Shown here: one piece after another, positions 36,984-46,400 of the stretch
Layout: every line of letters begins with the position of its first letter
How positions within the stretch are numbered: position 1 is the first letter of the stretch
NCBI GenBank assembly: GCA_964551725.1
Contig: CAZKED010000002.1
Coordinates: 25,466-89,465 of the forward strand
Source: an uncultured archaeon
GTDB lineage: Archaea; Iainarchaeota; Iainarchaeia; Iainarchaeales; DTGL01
Direction: 5' to 3'
DNA length: 64,000 nt
Position numbers and translations under genes: made by a program
The notes under the pieces: generated by a model
Database searches by the model: none
Told to the model about the DNA's origin: nothing
What the model saw: only the letters and a program-made list of their open reading frames with translations

Positions 36984-37768
36984 AAAAGGACGACGTAATA
37001 TGGGAACTGAACGCAGACAAAATAAGAGAGCGCATAAAGGAGAACAAGAGAATCGACGGCAGGAAAATGGACGAATACAGGGAAATAAAAATACTGAACG
37101 ATTTCAGCAAGAACGCCCACGGCTCGGCTATTGCCCGGATTGGGGAAACGGAGGTAATAGCGGGTGTAAAGCTCGATTTGGCAGAACCCTACCCCGACAC
37201 TCCGGACGAGGGCACGATTTCCGTTGGCGCAGAACTGATGCCCATGGCTTCCCCCGTCTTCGAACCAGGTCCGCCGAGGGAAGAGGCAACAGAGCTTGCG
37301 CGCGTGGTGGACCGCGGGATAAGGGAATCCAAGGCACTGGACTTCAAGGAACTCTGCATTGAGCCGGGAGAAAAAATCTGGTTGGTTTTCATCGATTTGT
37401 ATGTAGCGAACCACACGGGCAATTTGTTCGACGCAAGCTCCCTTGCGGCAATGAGCGCACTGCTCCACACAAAAATGCCGAAGCAAGAGGAAGGCAAAAT
37501 AGTGCAGAAAGAATTCACCGGCGAACTCAGCCTTAAAAGAAAGCCGCTTCTCTCAACCTTTGCAAAAATAAACGGAAAAACTGTTCTTGACCCGGTGCTC
37601 GCCGAGGAAAAAGCAATGGATGCGAGGTTTTCCGTTGCAACCACTGAAGACGGTTACCTCAGCGCGTTCCAGAAAGGCGGTCAAGGTTCCTTCTCCTCGG
37701 CGGAAATAGACCAGTGCATAGATACAGCGATTGCAAGGGGAAAAGAACTCAGGGAAAAACTCAAGTAA
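36980..37768 (+). CDS. rrp42: Exosome complex subunit Rrp42 (inactive RNase PH-like)
   Basis: RIDGRKMDEYREI RNase-PH N-terminus; ATGA overlap with rrp41. Confidence 0.85.
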   Translation: MKKDDVIWELNADKIRERIKENKRIDGRKMDEYREIKILNDFSKNAHGSAIARIGETEVIAGVKLDLAEPYPDTPDEGTISVGAELMPMASPVFEPGPPREEATELARVVDRGIRESKALDFKELCIEPGEKIWLVFIDLYVANHTGNLFDASSLAAMSALLHTKMPKQEEGKIVQKEFTGELSLKRKPLLSTFAKINGKTVLDPVLAEEKAMDARFSVATTEDGYLSAFQKGGQGSFSSAEIDQCIDTAIARGKELREKLK

Positions 37769-37780
37769 CGGAGTGGTCAT

Positions 37781-38248
37781 ATGGGTGAAACAAAAAAAGT
37801 AAAGCACGCCGGCAGATTCGGTTCAAGATACGGCAGAGGAGTCAGGGACAGGCTGATAGAAGCGGAGGTAAAGCAGAGAAAACTGCACAAATGCCCCAAG
37901 TGCGGGTTTGCCCGCGTTAAAAGAATTTCAACCGCCCTGTACAAGTGCAAAAAATGCGGCGCAAGGTTCGCAGGAGGCGCTTACGTCCCAGAAACGATGA
38001 GCGGAAAAATGGTCAGAAAAATGACCAAACAGAGGGCATTCCTGCCTCTCGCAAGGGAACTCATAGAAATCAGGGAAGGGAAAGAGAAGGGATTAAAGCA
38101 AAAAAAAGAAGAGGAGGCAAAAGAGAAAAAGCAGCCCCGGGAGAAAAAAAAGGAAGAGAGCGCGGGAAAGGAAAAGGGAAAAGAGAAAAAGCGCTCCGGT
38201 GAAAAGAAAAAACCCGGGAAGGAAGAAAAAAGGGAAAAGGTGGAATGA
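37781..38248 (+). CDS. rpl37ae: 50S ribosomal protein L37Ae (eL43) with ~65-aa Lys/Glu-rich C-terminal tail
   Basis: TKKVKHAGRFGSRYG...CPKCG...CKKCG zinc ribbon; tail KEKGLKQKKEEEAKEKKQ... Confidence 0.85.
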   Translation: MGETKKVKHAGRFGSRYGRGVRDRLIEAEVKQRKLHKCPKCGFARVKRISTALYKCKKCGARFAGGAYVPETMSGKMVRKMTKQRAFLPLARELIEIREGKEKGLKQKKEEEAKEKKQPREKKKEESAGKEKGKEKKRSGEKKKPGKEEKREKVE

Positions 38249-38380
38249 ATGTACAAATGCGTTAAGTGCGGGAAGGAATTCGACGAACTGCCCAAAGGTC
38301 TGGTAAGATGCCCTAACTGTGCTTACAGAGTCCTTGTCAAAATAAGGCCTCCAACAACAAAAAAAGTAAAGGCGAGATAG
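38249..38380 (+). CDS. rpoP: DNA-directed RNA polymerase subunit P (RpoP/Rpb12), 43 aa zinc ribbon
   Basis: Not in ORF track (<60 aa); MYKCVKCGKEFDELPKGLVRCPNCAYRVLVKIRPPTTKKVKAR*, ATG immediately after rpl37ae TGA; canonical operon position. Confidence 0.7.
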   Translation: MYKCVKCGKEFDELPKGLVRCPNCAYRVLVKIRPPTTKKVKAR

Positions 38381-38643
38381 TGCAGCAGTTTCCATTCTCT
38401 CTCAAACTGAGCTTTTCTTTCCAGAGCAAAGAAAAAGCCGGCGCGGTTTTAGGCGCAGTAATCCCCGACATTGGAAAGAGAAAGCATTTGCGCTCCCGCA
38501 CCGAGCTTGAAGCAAAAGGCGAAAAGCTGTGCCTTAAAATTTTGGCAAAAGACCCGACAGCGTTGCGCGCTTCGTTCAATTCCGCAATGAAGCCGATAGT
38601 GTTCTCGGACAAGTTATTTAAAACATTTCCAGGGGAAAAATAG
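38380..38643 (+). CDS. pcc1: KEOPS complex subunit Pcc1
   Basis: 87 aa; GTG start overlapping rpoP stop; ALRASFNSAMKPIVF matches Pcc1 C-terminal helix; conserved superoperon position. Confidence 0.5.
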   Translation: MQQFPFSLKLSFSFQSKEKAGAVLGAVIPDIGKRKHLRSRTELEAKGEKLCLKILAKDPTALRASFNSAMKPIVFSDKLFKTFPGEK

Positions 38644-38660
38644 AAAAAGGAGGAATAAAA

Positions 38661-39029
38661 ATGGCTCAAGAAACTGAACAGCACATAGCCCAATTCCGCA
38701 TTGGAAGGCAGCAGTTGCTCAAGGTAAGCGGTCAAAAGCAACAGCTCCAAATGCAGAGCAATGCCTTGGGAAGCGCTCTGGACGAATTGAAGGAAACGAA
38801 GAAAAAAACCGTTTTTAAGGCGGTTGGAAACATCCTCATCGAAAAGGACACGGCAAAAGTGAAAAAAGAACTAGAGGAAGGAAAAGAGGCAGTCGACCTC
38901 AGGATTAAAACACTGCAAAAACAGGAAGATTCCCTGGTAAACAGGCTCAACAAACTAAAATCCAAGATAGAGGAGTCGACAGAAACTCCAGAGGGCGAGG
39001 AAAAACAAAAGAAAAAGAAGAAAAAATGA
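38661..39029 (+). CDS. pfdB: Prefoldin subunit beta
   Basis: 122 aa coiled-coil/beta-hairpin/coiled-coil; QFRIGRQQL...QLQMQ pattern; Lys-rich C-terminus; GGAGG RBS. Confidence 0.8.
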   Translation: MAQETEQHIAQFRIGRQQLLKVSGQKQQLQMQSNALGSALDELKETKKKTVFKAVGNILIEKDTAKVKKELEEGKEAVDLRIKTLQKQEDSLVNRLNKLKSKIEESTETPEGEEKQKKKKKK

Positions 39030-40048
39030 CGTTGAGCGAAATGCCCTTTCCATTGCTTCTTCCCGCCTTAAAAGGAAAAGAGGTGCTGATTCTTACACAC
39101 CGCGGAGCGGACGTTGACGCGCTCAGTTCCGGCGCAATGCTCTACCTTGCATTGAAAGAGCATGCGAGCGTGCGCATAGGCGTTCCCGAGCACATAAACC
39201 AGGCAGCTGAAAAGTTAGCCGCAGAGCTTTCAATCCCGTTCGATTTGAATCCGGAACCAAAGGAATTCAACGTTGTTGTAGTGGCGGATCTCAACTCCTG
39301 GAAAATGCTTGGCTCAACCGCGGAAAAACTCAAGTCCTTTGACGGGGAAATTTTGCTCATAGACCACCACACGCGCTCGTGGGAAAATCTCGCAAAGGAG
39401 GAAAATTCTCTGATAGAGGAAAATGCAGCATCCACCACCGAAATTCTGTTCAAGCTTTTCAAAAAACAGGGCATTCCCATTTCAAAGGAGATTGCACTCC
39501 TTGCATGCTGCGGAATTATAACAGATTCGGCGCACTTCTCCTATGCGAGCGCGGACACCTTTTCGGTAATGGCGGAAGCGCTCGGTCTCGCCAAAACCCC
39601 GTATTCAAAAATAACCGGGCTTTTTTCCGTTGAAAGGGAGTTCAGCGAAATTGTCGCAAAGCTCAAGGCAGCGCAGCGCTGCCGCATTTTCCGCGCGGGA
39701 GAATTCATTGTTGCAATAAGCGATGTGGGCGCTTTCGAGGCGCAGGCAGCCGCTTCGCTGCTCAGGATAGGCGCTGACGCGGCATTCGTTGGAGTGGAGG
39801 AAGCCGGAGAAGTAATGGTTTCAGGGCGCGCCTCTCACAAAATTGTCGAATTTGGTCTTGATTTGGTCAGGGATGTTTTTGACCCGCTTTCCGCTCGCTT
39901 TTCGGGGGAAGGCGGCGGTCACACCGCCGCAGCCGCGTTCAACGGAAAAGCCGAATCAATAGAAGAAGTCCTAGAGGAATGCGTTTCCCTTGTAACGGAA
40001 AAAATAAGGAAAAAGGCTCCGGAAGCAAGCGCGAAGGAATACACCTGA
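39026..40048 (+). CDS. DHH-family phosphoesterase (NrnA-like, DHH + DHHA1)
   Basis: HRGADVDALSSG, DHH motif (LLIDHHTRS), DHHA1 GGGH (GEGGGHTAAAAF); ATGA overlap with pfdB. Confidence 0.7.
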   Translation: MTLSEMPFPLLLPALKGKEVLILTHRGADVDALSSGAMLYLALKEHASVRIGVPEHINQAAEKLAAELSIPFDLNPEPKEFNVVVVADLNSWKMLGSTAEKLKSFDGEILLIDHHTRSWENLAKEENSLIEENAASTTEILFKLFKKQGIPISKEIALLACCGIITDSAHFSYASADTFSVMAEALGLAKTPYSKITGLFSVEREFSEIVAKLKAAQRCRIFRAGEFIVAISDVGAFEAQAAASLLRIGADAAFVGVEEAGEVMVSGRASHKIVEFGLDLVRDVFDPLSARFSGEGGGHTAAAAFNGKAESIEEVLEECVSLVTEKIRKKAPEASAKEYT

Positions 40049-40170
40049 CTGTTATTTTACCAAAATGCCAGATTTTGTTATCCTCGGCTTTTCCCTGCGC
40101 TGCATCCTCCGGCTTCTTTCCATGAGCGAATTGAAGGAATTTTTTATTCTGGTTCTTTTTCTCCAGGGTC

Positions 40171-40845
40171 TCATTTTCTCACGATTTTCTCTATTTCCCT
40201 TATGTCCCTGAGAACAAAATCGGCTTTTATTTTTTTTGCCGGCTCCGTTACCTGCCCGTATTCCGCCAGCGCTGTTTTCATGCCGAGCTTTTTCGCGCCG
40301 GCAATGTCCCTTTCGGGGCTGTCTCCCACGAAGAGTATTTCTTCCGCGGGAACGCCCAGTTTTTTCAATGCCTTTCTGAAAGGCATTGAATGCGGCTTTC
40401 TTTTTCCCTGTTTTTCCAGCCCTATGACCAAATCGAAAAAATCAACCATGTTTAATTCCGCCAGACGGAGCCATGCCTGCTTTATGGGCGCGTCTGACAC
40501 AATGCCCAGTTTCAGGCCGCGTTGCTTTAATTTCAGTAGCGTGCCGCGGGCGTGCGCGTATGGAACCAGATAGCCGTATTTTATGCGGCGGTATGCCGCA
40601 ACTCCGCTGGCCAAAATTTTGTAGTCGATTTTTCCCTGCACTTCCTTTATGAATTTGTCGAATATTTTCTGGTTTTCCCATCCGTATTTTTCGTAGAATT
40701 TAAAGAGTTTTTCAATTCCTTTCTTTTCCCTGATTTTCAGACCCGCGTCCACCATTGCCCTTACTGCTTCCTCGGAGCAGGTGCGCTTCATTTTGTAAAA
40801 ATCGATGAGCGTGTTGTCCAAATCGAACAGAATTGCGCGAATCAT
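40171..40845 (-). CDS. HAD-superfamily hydrolase (phosphatase)
   Basis: DxD motif ILFDLDNTL, motif II S/T, motif III K, motif IV FVGDSPERDI. Confidence 0.75.
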   Translation of the reverse strand: MIRAILFDLDNTLIDFYKMKRTCSEEAVRAMVDAGLKIREKKGIEKLFKFYEKYGWENQKIFDKFIKEVQGKIDYKILASGVAAYRRIKYGYLVPYAHARGTLLKLKQRGLKLGIVSDAPIKQAWLRLAELNMVDFFDLVIGLEKQGKRKPHSMPFRKALKKLGVPAEEILFVGDSPERDIAGAKKLGMKTALAEYGQVTEPAKKIKADFVLRDIREIEKIVRK

Positions 40846-40907
40846 GTAATAATTAGGGGTGCAAAAAAGTTAATAACACTTAATTCCACTATATTCTTTT
40901 GGTCTGT

Positions 40908-41066
40908 ATGAACTGCCCTGTGTGCGGCGCCGAACTGCACCGCGCTGGCTTGTCAAAGCCCGTTTCCGGCGGAATCCTTGAGGAATGGCGGTGTCCTGCA
41001 TGCGGCTACCGCGTTCAACAGAAGCGCCCTTCCCCGCAGCAGCCCCAGAGGCGTATTGGCCGCTAG
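40908..41066 (+). CDS. Small zinc-ribbon protein (52 aa), hypothetical
   Basis: Not in ORF track; MNCPVCGAELHRAG...WRCPACGYRV: two CPxCG knuckles; downstream of promoter-like AT-rich region. Confidence 0.35.
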   Translation: MNCPVCGAELHRAGLSKPVSGGILEEWRCPACGYRVQQKRPSPQQPQRRIGR

Positions 41067-41067
41067 T

Positions 41068-41385
41068 TCAGCGCAGGTTCTTGAGTTTCAAAAAGCAGTT
41101 TTCGCAGATGAACTTCTGGTTGAATTCAATTCCCACTTCGTTCGTTTGGCTGCACAGTATGCACCTGCGCCCTTTTTCTATTTTCTTGCTGTCCGCCCAC
41201 TCGTACAGCAAATCCCAGCTAACCCATTTTGGGACAACCATTTCCCTGAGCACTGATTTGTCGTTTTGCTGAATTCTTTCAACCTGGCTCGGCATTATTG
41301 TTTTGTTCAGGGATTTCATCCATTTCACTTTTTCCATGTCGCCTTTTCTCATCAGGTCGAGCAGTTTGTCCTCGAATTTGCCCAT
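41068..41385 (-). CDS. Hypothetical protein with C-terminal Cys4 cluster
   Basis: 105 aa; CILCS...(13)...CENCF; last gene of minus-strand operon. Confidence 0.35.
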   Translation of the reverse strand: MGKFEDKLLDLMRKGDMEKVKWMKSLNKTIMPSQVERIQQNDKSVLREMVVPKWVSWDLLYEWADSKKIEKGRRCILCSQTNEVGIEFNQKFICENCFLKLKNLR

Positions 41386-41395
41386 TGAAAAAACC

Positions 41396-41803
41396 TCATT
41401 TCAGGTATATTACCATTTTCCCGTTTTTAACCTTTTTCCTCTGGGAGTATCTCTGCAAATAATGCACGGTGCTTTTCGGAATCCCTGTTGTTTCCTCTAT
41501 TTCCCGGAGAGAACGGAAATCCGAGCGCATTTCAATCGCCTGGCGCATTTTGGGCAGCGGAATGCCTATTGCCCTGCCCTGCTCGCCGTGCACTTCCGTT
41601 TCTATGCCCTTTCCTTTCAGAAAAGCCCTTGCTTTTTTCGAAAGGCGACTGCTGCACGAGGAACTCATTGAAATTTTTTTCAGTTCGCTCTTGGAAGCGA
41701 TTTTTTTGAGCATTCCAAGACTTAACGGCCTGACCAAATGGATTTCGCTTGTTTCAGCAGGAATTCCCGCGATGCTTGTATTGGGGTAGATCGAGTACTT
41801 CAT
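41396..41803 (-). CDS. Hypothetical protein with C-terminal HTH (resolvase/HTH_7-like)
   Basis: 135 aa; LREIEETTGIPKSTVHYLQRY helix-turn-helix near C-terminus. Confidence 0.35.
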   Translation of the reverse strand: MKYSIYPNTSIAGIPAETSEIHLVRPLSLGMLKKIASKSELKKISMSSSCSSRLSKKARAFLKGKGIETEVHGEQGRAIGIPLPKMRQAIEMRSDFRSLREIEETTGIPKSTVHYLQRYSQRKKVKNGKMVIYLK

Positions 41804-41813
41804 TGGTTTTCAC

Positions 41814-43325
41814 TCACTTAGCTTTTGAAAGAAAAGAATTTATGAGGGAAAGGATGCTCGAGTAAACGCTTTCCGTCATTTCTTCGCTTTTTGCCTTGAA
41901 CTCTTCAACCTTGTCGCTCCATTTTTCCCTTTCCATTTCCTCCACTTTTTCAAGCCCTTCTATTTCTTTTTCGCTTTCCTCCAGCCCGAGTTTGATAATG
42001 CTCTTGGTGTCCGGTATGTCCGGCTCAAACTCGTTGAGCTGTTCCAGGCAGTCCTTTACTTCCTGTTCCGAGGGATAATTGCAGGGCTCGAATTCCGCTC
42101 CGAGCAATGAGAGCGTGGTTTGGGTGAATTTCCCTCCTTCGTCAATTTCCTCTTCCTGGTCGAGGAATTTCCTGTAAGCATTCAACAACGAAGTGAAGCC
42201 GTTCCTGTACACATAATCGCGCACAAAAAGTTCGCCAAAAGAGTAACCGAATTCCCTCGTGCTCTCCCTCTCCGGAGTCCATTCGTTCATAAAGGTTTTT
42301 TCCCCGCTGTAATACTCCATTAACTGCTCCACGGAATTCGCGGGATACACTCTTATTATGTAGTCCCCCTCCCTGTACTCGTTCACTCCGTCGAACAAAT
42401 TCGCCAAACGCATTCCGATCCTTCTCCTTGCAAGGTATTCTGTGAATTTTGCCATTCCCTCGTCAAACCATGCTGACCCCGAGTTATTCCATGTCATTGC
42501 CTGCGCGTTGAACCCGTGCACTGTTTCGTGCAGTATGACAGGCGCGGCATTCTCCCCGAAAACGCCCGCTTTCAATAGTATTATTCCCCCGGTCCTGTAA
42601 ACCCCCTCGCTGTAAGCATTCACTTTTTCCGCAAACTCGGCGTCATCCATTACAACCACGGGAAATTTTTCAAAAGGCGGTTCTATTCCCGTTATTTTGG
42701 GAATCCAGCCGAAATAGGTTTCAGCGTCGCTGAACCCTTTTGCCACGAGCTCTTCATCGCTCAGGGAACTCCTGTTGAAAAGCACGTAGTGCTCGAGTGC
42801 GGTGCCCTCGCTTGAATAAAAGAATTTAACGCTTGCCGGTCCCGTTCCAGCAAGCTCTATTTTTTTTACAGTCAATTCCCCTGAAAAGCCGTGGTTGGGC
42901 TCGAACGAAATGAAACCGCCTCCAGCAATCACCACGCTCACATCGCTGTCAACCGCGGCGGGCATTGAAATCCTCGAGTTATACAAAGGAGCAAACTCGC
43001 CATTTCTCACATCCCTGAGCTTCATTGAAATGTTCACTATTTCGAGTTCCTTCGCAACGGAATAATTTGTCGAAAAATCAAGCCTGCCGTCATGCACCGA
43101 AAAATCCTCTATTGCCCCCTTCGAATCGCTCACTCCGAGCACTTCCGCTCCCCCCGGGAGAAGCAGTGCGCCGTTGAACACGTTCACCGGGGTTTCGCTT
43201 TCAAGGCTCATTTCCAGGCTCAGGTCGGCGTTCTCACCCAGGAGGAGTATTTCGTAATTCATGTAATTTGCGCCCGCAGAGGGCAATAAGAGAATAAAAA
43301 CCAAAACCGCCAGCCGAATTTCCAT
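41814..43325 (-). CDS. Secreted HExxH zinc-metallopeptidase-like protein
   Basis: Signal peptide/TM at MEIRLAVLVFILLLPSAGA (start 43325; ORF track 43382), HETVHGF zincin motif, acidic C-terminal tail. Confidence 0.5.
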   Translation of the reverse strand: MEIRLAVLVFILLLPSAGANYMNYEILLLGENADLSLEMSLESETPVNVFNGALLLPGGAEVLGVSDSKGAIEDFSVHDGRLDFSTNYSVAKELEIVNISMKLRDVRNGEFAPLYNSRISMPAAVDSDVSVVIAGGGFISFEPNHGFSGELTVKKIELAGTGPASVKFFYSSEGTALEHYVLFNRSSLSDEELVAKGFSDAETYFGWIPKITGIEPPFEKFPVVVMDDAEFAEKVNAYSEGVYRTGGIILLKAGVFGENAAPVILHETVHGFNAQAMTWNNSGSAWFDEGMAKFTEYLARRRIGMRLANLFDGVNEYREGDYIIRVYPANSVEQLMEYYSGEKTFMNEWTPERESTREFGYSFGELFVRDYVYRNGFTSLLNAYRKFLDQEEEIDEGGKFTQTTLSLLGAEFEPCNYPSEQEVKDCLEQLNEFEPDIPDTKSIIKLGLEESEKEIEGLEKVEEMEREKWSDKVEEFKAKSEEMTESVYSSILSLINSFLSKAK

Positions 43326-43427
43326 GTTTATTATTAGGGATTTCTTATTTAAATAGCTTACTTTGGCTTTTGGGGCAAACAAGAGAATCAGTCATAACAA
43401 GCCTTTGTTGCCGGAATCCCTTCTAAA

Positions 43428-44639
43428 TTAGGATAAAATCTTGGAGTAGGATAATTTTCCAGTTGTGCTTGTGTGCCGGTTGATTCTCCCCCTTTCAGCT
43501 AGGAATTCAAGTTCCGCCGCTATTTCTTTTGTGGTCATTTCTCCTGCATTTAAGTGGTTTTCACGTATAAAGCGGTTTACATCTCCATAGATCGTTCCAG
43601 CCGTCATTCTTCCTAGGTGGTTTCCCAAAACTCTCTCAATTCTTGCCCTGATTCTAGTCCGCTCTTTCGGGGAAATTCCCCCGCCTTTTCTTCTGGGTTC
43701 AGTGTAGCCCTCGTAGAGGCCTCTTTCGGTTCCTCTTTTGTGACCTTTTCTTATCGCTTCTTGTATCTCTTTTTCCGGAACGCCCGCATCAATCAGTTGC
43801 CTGCGCATCCTATCGTAATCACCCAAGAGCTGCCTGCTTCTTGCCAGATGCTTTCTGGCTCCTTGCGTTTCACGGGACGTTCTCAGTCTGGCGCCTTCTA
43901 TTCCATGCCTAATTGAAAGAGCCGCGAGAGAGTTTAGTTCATGGGCTTCTATTATCGCTAGGGGTCTTTCTTCGCCATACCTATAAACTTTCCTCGCTTT
44001 TTTCCCACTTCCAGTCTTTTTGGGGGGTTCGCTTGTTCCGGCTTCATCTAATCTCAATAGAATTTCACGCGTTCTCTCCGGAACAGCAGGCACTTTATCA
44101 ATTCCCAGCCGGCGCATTTCAGGTTCCAAAAATTCAATCCATGCAACTGCTCTCCTTTGGTTTGCGTGGACAGTTCCAACGTGTCCAGCGCTTAAGTTTT
44201 GTCTTTCAAGAATTTCCTCCATAAAAGAAAGATAGTTTTCAAGCTTCCAACCCAACCTAATCAATACATTCCTTTCTTCAGTGCTCACTCTGCGCTGTTT
44301 GGCAAGTTCCGGGATATTGAATCTTTCAATTATTGCCTTAGGCGTTGCAAGCAAAACTGGCCTGTTTCTTCTTTTAACTGAATACAAATACCCCTCATCG
44401 AACAATTCGCGGACAGCTTGCTTTAAACCTTCTGCTTCAGTTCCCTCTTTTCCTCTGAGCAGAGCATCAAGAAAAACGTCTTCTTTTATGACTCTTTCAA
44501 CTATTTCGCTCTTTGTTCTTGGAAGCTCGCTGACAGCGGTCCGCCCCCTTGGCCTTCTCACCGGCTTTTCAAAAGGCGAAGGGGGAATAATGTCCTTGAC
44601 CTTTGAGCTTTTCAGAAGGCTGTGAATACTTCTAGGCAT
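43428..44639 (-). CDS. Arg/Lys-rich hypothetical protein in compositionally atypical islet (possible mobile-element gene)
   Basis: 403 aa, no Cys, pI very basic, no recognised catalytic motifs; codon usage deviates from flanking genes. Confidence 0.35.
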   Translation of the reverse strand: MPRSIHSLLKSSKVKDIIPPSPFEKPVRRPRGRTAVSELPRTKSEIVERVIKEDVFLDALLRGKEGTEAEGLKQAVRELFDEGYLYSVKRRNRPVLLATPKAIIERFNIPELAKQRRVSTEERNVLIRLGWKLENYLSFMEEILERQNLSAGHVGTVHANQRRAVAWIEFLEPEMRRLGIDKVPAVPERTREILLRLDEAGTSEPPKKTGSGKKARKVYRYGEERPLAIIEAHELNSLAALSIRHGIEGARLRTSRETQGARKHLARSRQLLGDYDRMRRQLIDAGVPEKEIQEAIRKGHKRGTERGLYEGYTEPRRKGGGISPKERTRIRARIERVLGNHLGRMTAGTIYGDVNRFIRENHLNAGEMTTKEIAAELEFLAERGRINRHTSTTGKLSYSKILS

Positions 44640-44843
44640 AGTAAAATACTGACCTTTAAACCTTTTAAAGCAAGGCGTTGGCGGAATATTATTTATCTCT
44701 TTCCCAGTCCGCTTTTTGAAACATATGCTCTGGTTGCTTGCTGCCTATTTTTCCTTTCTGCCTGTCTTAGTGCTTGCCTGTCACCTACTGTGCCCTTTCA
44801 GGCAACATAAAAATTTTTATTAACAAGACAGCTATAACAATAC

Positions 44844-46322
44844 ATGCCTTTAAAGGGAAAAGAAAGAATAACGGCAATTCTGCTGATTGCTTTTTTCATC
44901 GCGGCATTTGGCGCAAGAATTGCCCTGCTTGAGCACAGACCGCTGCATCACGACGAAGGCGTGAACGGCTACTTTATTTCCAAGATTCTTTCCGGCGAGG
45001 GCTTCCAGTACGACCCCCAGAACTATCATGGACCGACGTTTTTCTTCGTTTCCGCGCCGGCAGTGCTGTTCTTGGGGAACACGCCTTTTGCACTGCGGCT
45101 TGCCGCGGCATTCTTCGGCAGCGCGGTAATCCTCCTGCTCTTTCCCCTGCGCAAAAAGCTCGGCGTGCCGGGCACAGCCACAGCGGCATTCTTCCTTTCC
45201 TTTTCCGCATCCTTCTTTTACTATTCAATTGACGCAATCCACGAAATCCTTTTCGTTTTCTTCTCAATTGCAGCAATTGTCTCAATGCTCAAATTTGTGG
45301 AGGAAAAAAAGAAAAGCCATCTTTATTTTTCCGCGATTTTCCTCGCGCTTCTTTTCGCGACAAAAGAGGCATCCTTTTACTTTGGTCCTTTAATTCTCTG
45401 CCTTTTTCTGCTGCTACTGCTATGCAGCCGGAATGCTGGGCATTCTCTCAAGAGCATTCTGAAAAGGGATTCCCTGCTCACAATTGCCCTTGCAGTTGCA
45501 TTGTTCCTTTTCGTTTACTCCGCTCTTTTCACTTCCTTTTTTTCAAATCCAGCGGGTTTGGCGGATTCGGTTCGCGGACCGTTCATATGGCTCACGCAGC
45601 CCGAACTCCACGCAGGGCACGAAAAGCCCTTTTACTATTACGCTGAATTCCTCCTGGAATACGAGTTTCCCCTGCTCGTTCTGGGCGTTCTGGGCACTGC
45701 CGTTGCGTTCCTGCGCAAAAACCCTTTTTTTTCCTTTTTCGGCGCGTTCTTTATTGCAGCGTTCTCCGCAGCATCGATAGTGGAATACAAGGTTCCCTGG
45801 ATTCTTATAAACTTTCTTGTCCCGCTCGCCTTCCTGGCGGGATTTGCTGTGAGGGAAATTTTCTCCGCCGCGGAAAAGCGCTCCCCTGCAGTTCAGGCGG
45901 TTTTTGTAGCGCTTCTTTTTCTGGGCGCGATTTTCACCTTGGCTGTTTTTTTCCGCCTCAACGTTGAAATTCCGGCAGAGCAGGAGAACGGGCTGGCGTA
46001 CGTGCAGACGACAATGCACGCGAAAGGGGTTGTTGAAAAAATCCACTCGATTGCGCGTACCACGCCCGAATTCCGCATGGCTGTAGCAGTAAAGCAGAGT
46101 TCCTGGCCCCTGTCCTGGCTTTTCGAGGACTTTAATGCCGATTACTACGGCACGGAAAAGGAGTCGCTTGAAGGGCTTTTGCTCGGTGGTTACCCCGTAA
46201 TTCTTGTGGAAAAGACCGCGGACTCCGAAAAAATGCGTTCCCGGGAATACGAAAGCGAGGCATTCACCCTAAGGCCCGGCGTGGACATGATTGCCTTTTA
46301 CCGCGGGAATGCGCAAAAATGA
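44844..46322 (+). CDS. GT-C-fold membrane glycosyltransferase (ArnT/PMT/TIGR03663-like)
   Basis: 492 aa, ~11 TM helices, N-terminal extracytoplasmic loop with HHDE motif (EHRPLHHDEGVNG), C-terminal soluble domain. Confidence 0.5.
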   Translation: MPLKGKERITAILLIAFFIAAFGARIALLEHRPLHHDEGVNGYFISKILSGEGFQYDPQNYHGPTFFFVSAPAVLFLGNTPFALRLAAAFFGSAVILLLFPLRKKLGVPGTATAAFFLSFSASFFYYSIDAIHEILFVFFSIAAIVSMLKFVEEKKKSHLYFSAIFLALLFATKEASFYFGPLILCLFLLLLLCSRNAGHSLKSILKRDSLLTIALAVALFLFVYSALFTSFFSNPAGLADSVRGPFIWLTQPELHAGHEKPFYYYAEFLLEYEFPLLVLGVLGTAVAFLRKNPFFSFFGAFFIAAFSAASIVEYKVPWILINFLVPLAFLAGFAVREIFSAAEKRSPAVQAVFVALLFLGAIFTLAVFFRLNVEIPAEQENGLAYVQTTMHAKGVVEKIHSIARTTPEFRMAVAVKQSSWPLSWLFEDFNADYYGTEKESLEGLLLGGYPVILVEKTADSEKMRSREYESEAFTLRPGVDMIAFYRGNAQK

Positions 46323-46400
46323 CCCGAACTTAATGATTTTTTAATCTATCCCCTTCTAATTTTTTACCAACGCTTTTTTTTGCGCTTTTTGGTGAAAAAC

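Noticed and set aside
36731-37486. 251-aa minus-strand ORF over rrp41 and rrp42
   Set aside because: It is antisense to conserved exosome genes.
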